Below, one piece after another: positions 18,646 to 27,962 of a stretch of DNA of 33,248 nucleotides. A program made the translations under genes and the position numbers. Under the pieces are notes generated by a model. It worked only from the letters and a program-made list of their open reading frames with translations. It made no database searches and had not been told where the DNA came from. Position 1 is the first letter of the stretch, and each line of letters opens with the position of its first letter. The stretch comes from Chloroflexota bacterium (lineage in GTDB: Bacteria; Chloroflexota; Chloroflexia; QHBQ01), in the NCBI GenBank assembly GCA_043754535.1, contig JAYUUN010000081.1, positions 1 through 33,248 of the forward strand, in the 5' to 3' direction.

Positions 18646-18990
18646 CTAGACAGCAGCAGAGAGGGCGGCTTGTTCACTCTCGTAAATGGTAGCGAACTGA
18701 TCCAGGCCAACCATGTGGAATATCTTTTGGTAATGCGAACTGAGGCTGGTTAGCACCACCCGACGGCCATTGGTACGCGCCCGGTTGAGCAGGCTGAGGA
18801 TGATGGCGATGCCTGCACTGTTGATGTAGCTGGCTTCCTCAAAATTGAGTACGATCAGCTTGCCGCTATCGGTGGCCGCAGTGTAAGCCGTCGTCAGGAT
18901 CGCATCCGAGGTGGCCGTTACATCCCCCAGCAGGTCAACTATACTAGCGTTTTCCAGGTGGCGCAGGTTCGTTTGCAATTCGTTACTCAC
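18646..18990 (-). CDS. STAS-domain anti-sigma factor antagonist (RsbV/SpoIIAA-like)
   Basis: 114 aa. IVLNFEEASYINSAGIA phosphoserine motif and IFHMVGL. Confidence 0.9.
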   Translation of the reverse strand: MSNELQTNLRHLENASIVDLLGDVTATSDAILTTAYTAATDSGKLIVLNFEEASYINSAGIAIILSLLNRARTNGRRVVLTSLSSHYQKIFHMVGLDQFATIYESEQAALSAAV

Positions 18991-19041
18991 TTTGTTCTAA
19001 CCCCTTCTCCAATTTCAGCGGTGGCTGGTAGTCACAAGTCG

Positions 19042-19503
19042 CTATTGCAGCCCCATCTTAGCAAGGCTAGCGAGTGCGTGCTTGAGGTAGATCGTCATCC
19101 GTACTAGGCTACCCTCTGGCAGACGAGTCACTTCGACTTCATCCATCAACTGGGTGATCAGGAACATCCCCATGTTGCCATGGGTACCGAGCGGTGGGTT
19201 ATCCACAGTCAGTGGCTCTGTAATGCGCGGGGCAGTCTCGCCACGTCCCTCGTCAAGAACGTTGACATCGAGGCGATCATCTTCGCAGATCATCAGCACG
19301 TTTACTTCGCTGTCTTGAGCAAACTGGTTGCCATGCTCCATCGCGTTGAGGCAGGCTTCGGCCACTGCCGTACGGAGGTCATCCACCCGCGTCGGCTCAA
19401 AACCCATCTGGCGGGCAACAGCACTAGCGGCATCCATAGCCACCTTCTCAAAGCCAAGCACGCTAGGTACGTGCAGTTCGATCCTGTATCTGCTGTGCGT
19501 CAT
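19042..19503 (-). CDS. anti-sigma factor / serine kinase (RsbW-like HATPase)
   Basis: From ATG 19503: LRTAVAEACLNAMEHGN, VLDEGRG, GNMGMFLITQLMDEV. The track's 5' extension overlaps the riboswitch and is spurious. Confidence 0.9.
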   Translation of the reverse strand: MTHSRYRIELHVPSVLGFEKVAMDAASAVARQMGFEPTRVDDLRTAVAEACLNAMEHGNQFAQDSEVNVLMICEDDRLDVNVLDEGRGETAPRITEPLTVDNPPLGTHGNMGMFLITQLMDEVEVTRLPEGSLVRMTIYLKHALASLAKMGLQ

Positions 19504-19578
19504 GAACGCCTCGTTGCCCCCCACTCTGTATATTCCACCCCAAGCTATGGCCCATCCACGGCAGTCCCCGTTGGCTGG

Positions 19579-19608
19579 ATCATAGCACCTTTTACATCTC
19601 GTTGTCAA
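19579..19608 (-). promoter_or_regulatory. promoter of the rsbW/rsbV-like pair
   Basis: Minus strand TTGACA (19608-19603), 18 bp spacer, extended -10 TGcTATGAT (hexamer 19584-19579). Confidence 0.65.
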
Positions 19609-19614
19609 GCCAGG

Positions 19615-19643
19615 TTGACAGCATCGAACAGGTTCGTTATAAT
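19615..19643 (+). promoter_or_regulatory. consensus sigma70 promoter of the riboswitch-ribXY transcript
   Basis: TTGACA (19615-19620), 17 bp spacer, TATAAT (19638-19643). Confidence 0.85.
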
Positions 19644-19658
19644 AATCACAACTGAATA

Positions 19659-19790
19659 GGTTCTCAGGGCAGGGCGCAATCCCCGACCGGCGGTGAGCCA
19701 TTATTGGCAAGCCCGCGAGCTGCATTAGCCATGTGGCATGACCTGGTGCAAAGCCAGGGCCGACAGTTACAGTCTGGATGAAAGAGAACC
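19659..19790 (+). ncRNA. FMN riboswitch (RFN element)
   Basis: P1 GGTTCTC/GAGAACC. AGGGCAGGGCGCAATCCCCGACCGGCGGT, AGCCCGCGAG, CTGGTGCAAAGCCAG, GCCGACAGT, AGTCTGGATGAAAGA match the RFN consensus. Confidence 0.95.
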
Positions 19791-19883
19791 ACACGCGAAC
19801 CATCCCCCGCACGATTGTTGTGTGCTACTGGGCTGGGTCGGCTCCAGCCGGGTGCTGCAATGTGCCTGTTGGCTTCGTGTTCC

Positions 19884-19919
19884 CCCTGCCCTGAAGAATG
19901 TGTGGCGGGGCTTTTTGTT
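19884..19919 (+). terminator. candidate attenuator of the FMN riboswitch
   Basis: CCCTGCC / GGCGGGG stem followed by CTTTTTGTT. Confidence 0.5.
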
Positions 19920-19937
19920 GCCCCAGGAGGTAGGGCG

Positions 19938-20759
19938 ATGATCAGCACAGCAGGGACGGAACGACAGGCGGAATTGGACGGCAACGAAGTGGCGGTGAAG
20001 CGGCGGCGCAAGCGTGCTGCCCGCGGCAAGGGCTGGCTCAACCTGCTCAGTTTTGCCAGCTTCCTTGCCCTCTGGCAGGCAGTGGTTTGGCTAGGCGGCT
20101 ACCCCAGCTTCATCCTACCCGGCCCCTGGGCGGTGCTGATCCGCTTCGGTCAGGCGATCCAGAGTGGGCTGCTGTGGGATAACACGCTGGTTACGCTAGG
20201 CGAGATCGCCCTCGGCTTTGGCCTGGGGGCAAGCGGGGGGCTACTGCTAGCCTACCTGCTCTACAAGTCGCGGTTGCTGGAAACGATCCTCGCCCCCTAC
20301 ATCGCCGCCAGCCAGGCTCTGCCAGTGGTAGCGATAGCCCCACTGCTCGTTCTCTGGTTCGGCTACGGTCTGTTGCCAAAGGTGCTGATCTGCGCGATCA
20401 TCGTCTTCTTCCCAATCACGATCAGCACAGTCGTCGGCTTCAAGAGCATCGAGCGCAGCCTGGTTGAGGTGGCCGACCTGTTCGGGGCGAACGGCTGGCA
20501 GAAGCTGCGGCTGGTCGAGGTGCCACTGGCCGCCCACAATATCTTCGCTGGCCTTCGTCTCGGCCTCACCCTCTCCGTTACCGGGGCAGTGGTGGGCGAG
20601 TTCGTCTCCCCCAGCCGCGGATTGGGCTACCTGCTCAACTTCAGCAGCAGCAGCCTGGATGCGCCGTTGCGTTTCGTCGCGCTGTTTACCCTCGTTGCCC
20701 TCGCTATCCTCGGCTACCGCAGCCTGACCGCCCTTGAACGCCGTTTGGTGGACTGGTAG
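19938..20759 (+). CDS. ribX: riboflavin ABC transporter permease (SsuC/TauC-like)
   Basis: SD AGGAGG, ATG 19938. QALPVVAIAPLL.LWFG and GAVVGEF motifs. Sits directly under an FMN riboswitch, as in Chloroflexi ribXY. Confidence 0.8.
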   Translation: MISTAGTERQAELDGNEVAVKRRRKRAARGKGWLNLLSFASFLALWQAVVWLGGYPSFILPGPWAVLIRFGQAIQSGLLWDNTLVTLGEIALGFGLGASGGLLLAYLLYKSRLLETILAPYIAASQALPVVAIAPLLVLWFGYGLLPKVLICAIIVFFPITISTVVGFKSIERSLVEVADLFGANGWQKLRLVEVPLAAHNIFAGLRLGLTLSVTGAVVGEFVSPSRGLGYLLNFSSSSLDAPLRFVALFTLVALAILGYRSLTALERRLVDW

Positions 20760-20832
20760 CCGATCAGCAACTTTGTACAGACCAACTACAGCATACATCA
20801 CATCACATAAGATTGCATAGGAGATTAGCGCA

Positions 20833-21846
20833 TTGCAGAAGCTCAAAGGATTGTTGTTGCTAATAACGATGGTAGGGTTGGTAGCGGGCTGCGACAGTGG
20901 GGGGACAGCTAACACCCCGGCTGCTGCGTTGAAGAAGGTTAGGATTGGCATGGGCTACATCCCCAATGTGCAGTTTGCTGCCTACTACGTTGCCCAGGAG
21001 AAAGGCTACTACCGACAGGCGGGCCTCGATGTCAGCTTCGATTATGGCAGCACAGACGATCTGCTGGCCCAGGTTGCGGTCGGTAAGCTCGACTTCGCCA
21101 ACTCAGAGGGCGACGAACTGATCGTGGCAGCTAGCAAGGGAGTGAAGGATGTCTACGTCCTTGCCCAGTACCAACGCTTCCCAGTAGCGGTCTTCTTTAT
21201 GGCCGACTCGCCGATCAAGACGGTAGCCGACCTGAAGGGCAAGCGGATCGGCCTGCCTGGTAAGTACGGCGCAAACTACAACGGCCTGCTCGCTATGCTC
21301 TACGCCAACCAGATGACAGAGCAGGATGTGCGGCTGCAAGAGGTTGGTTACACCCAGGCCCAGGCGGTGCAGAGCGGCCAGGTAGACGCTGCGGTGGGCT
21401 ATGCAGTCAACGAGCCGATAGCATTGGCGGCTCAGGGCGTGAAGCTACGTACCTTGCAGGCCAGCGACAGCTACAATCTCGCTAGCATCGGCATTATCAC
21501 CAGCCAGGACAAGGTGGCCCAAGACCCCACAACCGTACAAGCCTTTGTCAGCGCGACCCTGCACGGCATTGCCGACATGAACGCCGACCCCGACGCGGCC
21601 TATGCTATCGCGGCAAAGAAGGAGTACGCTAACATTGACCAGCCGAACAGCGCAGTGCAACTGGCTGTGCTGAAGGAGACGGCGAAGTTTCAGCAGCCGA
21701 GTGGCAACCAGAGGCTGGGGGCGAGCGACCCGGCGGTGTGGGCCGCGACCGCAAAGTTCCTGCAAGCCAGCGGCCTGGTCAGCACGCAGCTAGATGTCAG
21801 CACCCTCTACACCAACCGCTTCGTCGAGGCTAGCCGGGTAAAATTA
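20833..21846 (+). CDS. ribY: riboflavin-binding lipoprotein (NMT1/THI5-like); ends at TTA 21844-21846 if UUA terminates, standard-code stop 21918
   Basis: Lipobox LVAGC, GYIPNVQFAAYYVAQEKGYY..AGLDV, DLKGKRIG.PG, C-terminal YTNRFV. Riboswitch context. Confidence 0.82.
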
Positions 21847-21942
21847 AGGCTGGCACGCGAGATGCTTGTAGAGCAATCAACTGTCCAAAAAGGAGATTAT
21901 CCACCCTGCGTGAGCTAGTCTAGTCGAACTACGGACAAGAAA

Positions 21943-21971
21943 ACGCGCCCCCTGTATACAGAGGGGCGCGT
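21943..21971. terminator. terminator between convergent ribY and lipoprotein genes
   Basis: ACGCGCCCC / GGGGCGCGT stem, with a TTTCTTG tail on the minus strand. Confidence 0.75.
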
Positions 21972-21993
21972 CCTTGTCGCTGGCGAAGGCCAC

Positions 21994-24099
21994 TTACGGA
22001 GCGGTGATGTCACCGACCTGGTTGACCTTGGTGATGGTGTAGATGACATTGCTCTCGGTAGCACCGGTCTTGCTGTAAGCCTTGACCTGGCGGGTGGTCT
22101 TGTCGCTCTTGGCAACCCAGACCTCGTACTTGCCTTCAGTACCGTTGGCGGCACCGTCGTAGGCGTAGTGGTCGCAGTCCTCGCCACCGATGGCCTCGCT
22201 ACCTTTGTTCTGGTAGCCGTTGAAGCCCTTGAGGCTGGAGAAGGTGTTGCTGAGGATACTGTCGTAGGCACCTACGATAGCCTGGCCGCCAGTGGTCTTG
22301 GTGTAGCTCTTACCGTCCATGCTGACGTAGGCATCCTCACCGATAACCACGTAGTTGATCTTGGTGCCAGAACTCTCGATCACCATGTTGGCCTTGTCGG
22401 GGCGGATGAAGTCACCTTCTACTTTGGAGGTGGTGGTGGTACCACTGGTCGTGCTTTCCGAGGTAAGGGCAAGGTGGTAGCTCTTGACGTTGGAGAGGTC
22501 AGCCACGTCGAGGGTACCTGCGCTGGTGCCGCCAGTGCCGCTAGTGCCACCAGTGCCACTCACGGAGGTGGCCGCAGCGGTTGCGCCCATCTCCATGTCG
22601 GGGGTGGCTTCGCTGGTCATGCCCATCGCTGGGGTAGCATCGCCCGTCATGGGGGTCATTGCGCTAGCAGGGTCGGTGACATTGCTCGGCTCTGCAATGG
22701 TCAGCGGCTCGTTGATCTTGCTCCACTTGAGCGTAGCCATGATCTTCTGACCGCTACTGGTACCATCGATCTTCATCTGGCGGATGGTGGGTGTGCCGTC
22801 GTTCGAAATCCAGATGTCGTAGCTGCCAGTCATGCTGCTGCTGCCGCCACTGGTTCCCAGGCTGCTCAGTGCCGCTGCGTCGGCTACGATGTGCTTGGTG
22901 TCAACGCCGTCGATCTTCTCAGTGGCGGGGCTGCCGTCCTTGAGCGCAGAGGCTGCCTTGTCAATGTCTGATGGCTTGAAGTTATCCCACATCTTGGTAA
23001 AGCTGTCCAGGCCGCTGGCGGAACCGCTAGCACTCTTGATGTAGGTCTTGCCACCATCCGCACTCATGTAGCTACCTTTGTCGGTCACTACCACGTCAGC
23101 ACTCCGACCAGCCGCGTTCATCTGCATGGACATCTTGTTGTTGGCAACGTCTATGTCGCCCGTCATGGTTATGCTCTGCCCCGCACTGTTAATGTCAGCC
23201 TCCAGACGGTAGCTCTTGAGCGCCTTCATGTTGGCTGCTGCGCTCTTGAACATCTCGGCATTGCCGCTGCTACTACCGCCGCCGTTGCCGTTGCTAGAAG
23301 CGGCAGTGGGGGTGCCGTCGCTCATCATCGTGCCAGCGGTTGGGGTGCTGTCGCCCATCATCGTGCCAGCGGTCGGGGTGCTGTCGCCCAGGCTGCCGCC
23401 GGTGCTGAGGTTGGTCGGCACCTTGATGTCGAAGGTCTGGTTGATCTTGCTCCACTTGACGGTGGCAACAACATCCTTGCCGTCGCTCTTGCCAGTGATT
23501 TTCATCTGGCGCACCAGCGGGGTTGCGTCGGTGGATATCCAGAGGTCTGCCGTGCCTTCAGTAGAGGACATACTGGTACTGCTGCTGGTCGTAGCAGAAA
23601 GGCCGCTGAGGTCCTTCAGATTGACGGTCATGTGCTTGGTGTCAACGCCGTCGATCTTCTCGGTGGCGGGCGCGCCGTCCTTCAGCGAGTCCTTCGCTTT
23701 GTCCACATCTTCAGGCTTGAAGCTGTCCCACATCTTGGTGAAACTGTCCAGGCCAGTGCTGGTGGTGCTATCCTTGGTGAAGGTCTTGCCGCCATCCATG
23801 CTGGTGTAGCTAGCTCCATCAACAGAGACGGAGTTGATGTTCATGCCCATTGCACCCATGGTCGCTGAGACCTTCTTGTTGGCAACGTCTACGTCGCCGC
23901 CCATCGTAATGTTTGTGCCAGCCTGGCTGGCAGTCACATCGAGGCGGTAACTCTTGAGGGCCTTCATGTTCGGCCCGGCCTTCTTGAGCAGGTCGGCATT
24001 GCTAAGGCTGCCACTGCCACTGTCGCCACAGGCGGCCAGGATCAGGCTCATGATCGCTACCATCGCTAGCACACTGATGCGCTGCTTGAAACTACCCAT
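21994..24099 (-). CDS. lipoprotein with three LppX/LprAFG (LolA-like fold) domains and Thr/Pro/Met-rich linkers
   Basis: Lipobox LAAC, SD GGAGG. Three repeats of MKxLKSY...E.IDG.DT.H...W.......RQ.K...K.N....I..P. Confidence 0.75.
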   Translation of the reverse strand: MGSFKQRISVLAMVAIMSLILAACGDSGSGSLSNADLLKKAGPNMKALKSYRLDVTASQAGTNITMGGDVDVANKKVSATMGAMGMNINSVSVDGASYTSMDGGKTFTKDSTTSTGLDSFTKMWDSFKPEDVDKAKDSLKDGAPATEKIDGVDTKHMTVNLKDLSGLSATTSSSTSMSSTEGTADLWISTDATPLVRQMKITGKSDGKDVVATVKWSKINQTFDIKVPTNLSTGGSLGDSTPTAGTMMGDSTPTAGTMMSDGTPTAASSNGNGGGSSSGNAEMFKSAAANMKALKSYRLEADINSAGQSITMTGDIDVANNKMSMQMNAAGRSADVVVTDKGSYMSADGGKTYIKSASGSASGLDSFTKMWDNFKPSDIDKAASALKDGSPATEKIDGVDTKHIVADAAALSSLGTSGGSSSMTGSYDIWISNDGTPTIRQMKIDGTSSGQKIMATLKWSKINEPLTIAEPSNVTDPASAMTPMTGDATPAMGMTSEATPDMEMGATAAATSVSGTGGTSGTGGTSAGTLDVADLSNVKSYHLALTSESTTSGTTTTSKVEGDFIRPDKANMVIESSGTKINYVVIGEDAYVSMDGKSYTKTTGGQAIVGAYDSILSNTFSSLKGFNGYQNKGSEAIGGEDCDHYAYDGAANGTEGKYEVWVAKSDKTTRQVKAYSKTGATESNVIYTITKVNQVGDITAP
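23323..23388. repeat. 33-bp tandem duplication (GDSTPTAGTMM x2)
   Basis: CATCATCGTGCCAGCGGT(T/C)GGGGTGCTGTCGCC at 23323-23355 and 23356-23388. Confidence 0.9.
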
Positions 24100-24373
24100 T
24101 ACTAACTATCCTCCCTTGTTGTAACCCCCACCCGATCAGGTGAGGGTAATTCAGAAGCCAGGCGCGCCCTGCGCCCAGCTACTCGAAGAACTTGCTGCAA
24201 AGGCAACACGGTCTTGCCTACCACTCATGCGCCTACTGCTGGTGGAACGTTGCAGTTGCATGGGTGGGCAGCATACTGTTGCCCTGACCCTGCTATTATA
24301 TACCATTAGAGGCTTGCCTTGCTGTTAAATCTTGTACATTCAACTATGCATCCTTTAGCACACGCTGGTTGGC

Positions 24374-25963
24374 TTAGTTGCCCCAGCCAGTGATGCCCTG
24401 GAAGACGTAGCCGATCACCGCTGCACAGCAGAAGCCGAGCAGCGGCCAGGTGTGCAGCTTGTAGCGTGGGTGCAGCAGCAATCCCAGCCAGAGGAAGCTC
24501 CAACTGATATACCAGGGCTGGTAGTAGAGACTGGTGAGGAAGGTGAAGAAAAGCAGAACACCATAGCAGGCTCGGAAAAGGCGGCGGGTTTGCTCCTCGG
24601 CCTCGAACTCTGCGTCAGCCTGCGCGCTCTGCCAGGCGACTAGCAGTTGGCGACCGGGGCGGTAGCGAGCCAATAGCCACTCCAACCGCTCGGCCAGCCA
24701 ACGTAGCGGCACACTCTCGGCCAGGATGTGCGGGCTGCCTTGCCAGATCACCCACAACTGGCGCAGGTAGAACAGGGCAAACCCCCCCCAGCCGAGCGAC
24801 TTAACCAGGCTGGTGGCGGTGGATCGGGCCAGGCCAGCCCCTTCCAGGCTATAGATCAGGGCAGTAGGGATGGGCGCGCCCAACTTGTCACCCAGGCGCA
24901 GGAAAGCGAGGCTGGCGGTTCCCTCCCACAAGGGGGCGTAGCAGAGGGCGGCGAAGGCGAAGCAAGCCCCCCCACTGAGCAGCGTGAAGCGGAGGTTGGC
25001 AAGCCCAATTTGCTGACCGCTGGGCGGCAACGACCGTCGCTTCTCCTGCTCTGCCTGCGCACGCCAGATGTAGACTAGAAAGAGGGGGATGATGAAGATC
25101 GGCACCACCTTGATCAGGCTGGCGGCGGTCAGGGCTAGCAAGCTGAGGCCGTAGCGACCACCAACCAGCAGCCAGACTGCCAGCATGACGAAAAAGAGCA
25201 TGACAATGTCGTTGTGACCACTGCCAATAAACTCGAACAGCACCAGTGGATTCCAGGCGAAGATCAGGGTGCCTGCCAACTGGTAGCGCGGTTGCACCTT
25301 ACCCAGGGTGAGGTAGAGCAGCCAGACGGTGCCGAGGTAGGCAAGGTAGGTCAACCCCTTGAACAGAAAGAGATTAGCCAGCAGGTTGCTACCAGCCAGC
25401 AGACTGAGGGGCGCAGTGAGCATCATCCAGAGTGGGCCGTAGGTACTGGGCATCTTAGTCCAGGCGATGTATTTGTAGAGCTGGTCGTGGCTAAACTGTT
25501 CTGGCGTGTGGGTAAAGGGGTTGGCCCCATACGTCGTCCACTCCCGCGTCTGGAACAGGTAGTCGAAGATATCTTGCGAAAAGAGGGGGTAGCTCCAAAA
25601 GAGGACGGTGGCGAAAGCCAGGGCAAGGCCGAGGGTCAGCCACTTCGCCAGCGGGTCGGCAGCAGACTCGGCTGACCAGGCTCGGCGCAAGGCTGCCCCC
25701 GCCGCCGCAAAGTAGAACAGGTGCAGCACGGCGATCACCGCCACATACGCCCCCTTATCTAGGAAGACGATGTTGTGGCCTACCATGCTGAACAGGGGGG
25801 TTGTTAGTTGGCCGCCAGGGATCAGGGTCGTGTAGTAGGCAGAGAGCGGGTAGTTGGCGGTGAAAAAGAGGAAGATCAGGGCCATCACCGTACCAGAGAG
25901 TGCTAGCAGGGTCGTACCTACCTGGGTGCGTACCTGTCCACGTGCTTCAACCCGCATTGCCAT
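24374..25963 (-). CDS. GT-C polyprenol-phosphate-sugar glycosyltransferase (MptA/MptB, GT87-like)
   Basis: PLFSQDIFDY, GANPF..TP, TYGPLW, AWNPLVLFE..GSGHND, IKVVP, YQPWY motifs. Polytopic membrane protein. Confidence 0.8.
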   Translation of the reverse strand: MAMRVEARGQVRTQVGTTLLALSGTVMALIFLFFTANYPLSAYYTTLIPGGQLTTPLFSMVGHNIVFLDKGAYVAVIAVLHLFYFAAAGAALRRAWSAESAADPLAKWLTLGLALAFATVLFWSYPLFSQDIFDYLFQTREWTTYGANPFTHTPEQFSHDQLYKYIAWTKMPSTYGPLWMMLTAPLSLLAGSNLLANLFLFKGLTYLAYLGTVWLLYLTLGKVQPRYQLAGTLIFAWNPLVLFEFIGSGHNDIVMLFFVMLAVWLLVGGRYGLSLLALTAASLIKVVPIFIIPLFLVYIWRAQAEQEKRRSLPPSGQQIGLANLRFTLLSGGACFAFAALCYAPLWEGTASLAFLRLGDKLGAPIPTALIYSLEGAGLARSTATSLVKSLGWGGFALFYLRQLWVIWQGSPHILAESVPLRWLAERLEWLLARYRPGRQLLVAWQSAQADAEFEAEEQTRRLFRACYGVLLFFTFLTSLYYQPWYISWSFLWLGLLLHPRYKLHTWPLLGFCCAAVIGYVFQGITGWGN

Positions 25964-26146
25964 GAACGCTGCTCCTACTACTTTTGTGCAAAAGCCACTA
26001 CCCTGATTTGTGACACAAGACCTTGCTATTATAACTGCAAAACGAGCAGTGAGGCAATCTTATCTCTCATCCTTTAGTTGGAGAGTAGCGCAACCTTCGC
26101 TAACGCTGCTATAAGCAGGAGGCGGGCCATAATGCGGCAGACACAA

Positions 26147-26176
26147 GAAGCCCCCTCCGCAAGCAGAGGGGGCTTC
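26147..26176 (-). terminator. terminator downstream of the lipoprotein gene
   Basis: GAAGCCCCCTC / GAGGGGGCTTC 11-bp perfect stem. Confidence 0.75.
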
Positions 26177-26198
26177 CTTGCTACATGCGAGCATAGAG

Positions 26199-27962
26199 CT
26201 ACTGGGCGGTCTCCGCTTCGGTCGCGTCAATCGTTCCGTCGCTGCCGTGATCCACCTCAACCATCAGTGGCTTGCCCGCGTCCCATGCGCCGAAGTTGAG
26301 GTACTCGGTGTCGCCACCGTTGATCTTAACATCCTTGTGCATGATGGTGTGCGAACCAGTCGCGTCGATCTCGGTCAGTTCGATGTCGTACTTGTCAGGA
26401 CTGCCTGAAGAGTCCTTGACCGCCAACTTGCCGGTTGCCTCATCGATGCTGAAGTCAAGTTCCTCACCTCTGCCAGCATCCAGGTTGTTGATCTTGATCA
26501 GGTAGTCGTGACCCTCCTGGTCAATCGCCAGCGTGATGTTGGGCGACTGGTTCTCGCCTGGTGCATAGGCAATCTTGTGGCCGTCAGCAGAGACAGTCAA
26601 GTTGTCCCGCTGCCCAGCAGTCAACTTCATGTTCTTGATGTTGGCAACTACGCCCTGACCGAAGATGGACAGCTCCTCCGCGTTGATATCCGTACCGTCC
26701 GGCCCATCCACCACCACGGTGTAGTCCACACCCTGGGGCAGGTTGTAGTACGGCTCCTGGTCGGAGACCAAAGCCCCACCGTGCAAGATCACCTCGTGTG
26801 CGCCGGGGATAGTGTTGACCAGCTTGCCGTTCTCAATACCGAGCTTGTTGCCCGCCTTGTCGGTGATCATCAGGTGGCCGGGGCCGTTGAGGATCATCTG
26901 GCGGGGCTGGCCCGCGCTGCCGTCGGTAGCATTGCACCAGGGGCAGACCAGGGGCCCCTGCCGCACCCGCAAGCTGGTAAGGTCCATTGGATAGCTACCA
27001 ACACCACCAGACCAGGGGGCAGCATCCTCCGTGGGGTTGAGGGCCGCAGATGCATACTTCCAGGTGTTGGCGGTGCGGTCAACCTCCACGTACTTGTCCA
27101 CGCCAGGGTAGTTGTTGTCGTAGACGTGGATAAGGTAGAGGCCGTTGCCCTTGTCCTCAATGGAGTAGGGAGTGACGGCGTGGCCGCCGCCCTTGAAGTA
27201 GAAGCCGAGGGTGTATTGGTCAGCAGCCCCAGGCTTGAACGAGGCGATCAGCATATCGAGGATTTCGCTGGGCGACTTGCGGCGGGTGGCAGCCGACTCG
27301 CTGGCGACCGGCTCTACTCCCTGGTAGGCCCAGCCAACCGAAATCAGGCTGCGGAGCTTGTCGTTCCCTTCCAGCTTGAGGTCGAAGGGGCTGTCCGCGC
27401 CATAGTCGGCGGCCTTAGCCTTACCCTCGTACATCAGCAAGGTAGCGACGGCAAAACCTTCGCAACTACCGCCGTTGATACCCTTGTTCTGCTGATCGAG
27501 CCATTGCAGGGCTGCCGTGCCAGGCACGCAAGTGGCACCGCTACCGGTCGCGCACACGGCCTTGTCACCAAACATCTGGCGGGTATCGGTGATGGTCAGA
27601 CCAGCAGGAGTTTCTGGGTACTTGCCGCCGTAGTTGGGGAAGCTGAAGCCATTGGGCTGAGAGCGGAAGCCGATGTCAGCAGTCGTCCCACCAGGCACAG
27701 CCGCCGCCACCGTGTCGGTTGGGACAGCAGCCGCCCCTGCTACTGTGTTGGTGGGGGCAGCAACCATCACATCGGTTGGGCCAGCATCATTCTTGGCGAT
27801 GCTGGTGCCGGTTGGGGCAACGGCAGCCGAGGCTAGCGTCGCGGTTGAGGCCGCAGCAGGCGCAGTAGCCGGGGGGGAGTCGCCGCCGCAGCCAGCCAGC
27901 GATAGGCTGATAGTCAGCAGTAGAACCAAAGCCATGAGCTTCTGGTGGTGAGGTTTGTACAT
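26199..27962 (-). CDS. lipoprotein with putative papain-like Cys-His-Asp domain
   Basis: Start ATG 27962 (track extends to 28205). Lipobox LAGC, Ala/Thr/Pro linker, GFSFPNY, GGSCEGF, GGHAV, VYDNNYP. Confidence 0.7.
   Translation of the reverse strand: MYKPHHQKLMALVLLLTISLSLAGCGGDSPPATAPAAASTATLASAAVAPTGTSIAKNDAGPTDVMVAAPTNTVAGAAAVPTDTVAAAVPGGTTADIGFRSQPNGFSFPNYGGKYPETPAGLTITDTRQMFGDKAVCATGSGATCVPGTAALQWLDQQNKGINGGSCEGFAVATLLMYEGKAKAADYGADSPFDLKLEGNDKLRSLISVGWAYQGVEPVASESAATRRKSPSEILDMLIASFKPGAADQYTLGFYFKGGGHAVTPYSIEDKGNGLYLIHVYDNNYPGVDKYVEVDRTANTWKYASAALNPTEDAAPWSGGVGSYPMDLTSLRVRQGPLVCPWCNATDGSAGQPRQMILNGPGHLMITDKAGNKLGIENGKLVNTIPGAHEVILHGGALVSDQEPYYNLPQGVDYTVVVDGPDGTDINAEELSIFGQGVVANIKNMKLTAGQRDNLTVSADGHKIAYAPGENQSPNITLAIDQEGHDYLIKINNLDAGRGEELDFSIDEATGKLAVKDSSGSPDKYDIELTEIDATGSHTIMHKDVKINGGDTEYLNFGAWDAGKPLMVEVDHGSDGTIDATEAETAQ

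Noticed and set aside
19625..19636. CGAACAGGTTCG as a LexA box
   Set aside because: The spacer is 2 nt, whereas the Gram-positive/Chloroflexi box is GAAC-N4-GTTC.
19504..19937. 5' extensions of the RsbW-like (to 19812) and RibX (from 19815) ORFs
   Set aside because: They overlap the promoters and riboswitch. Better SD-supported starts exist at 19503 and 19938.
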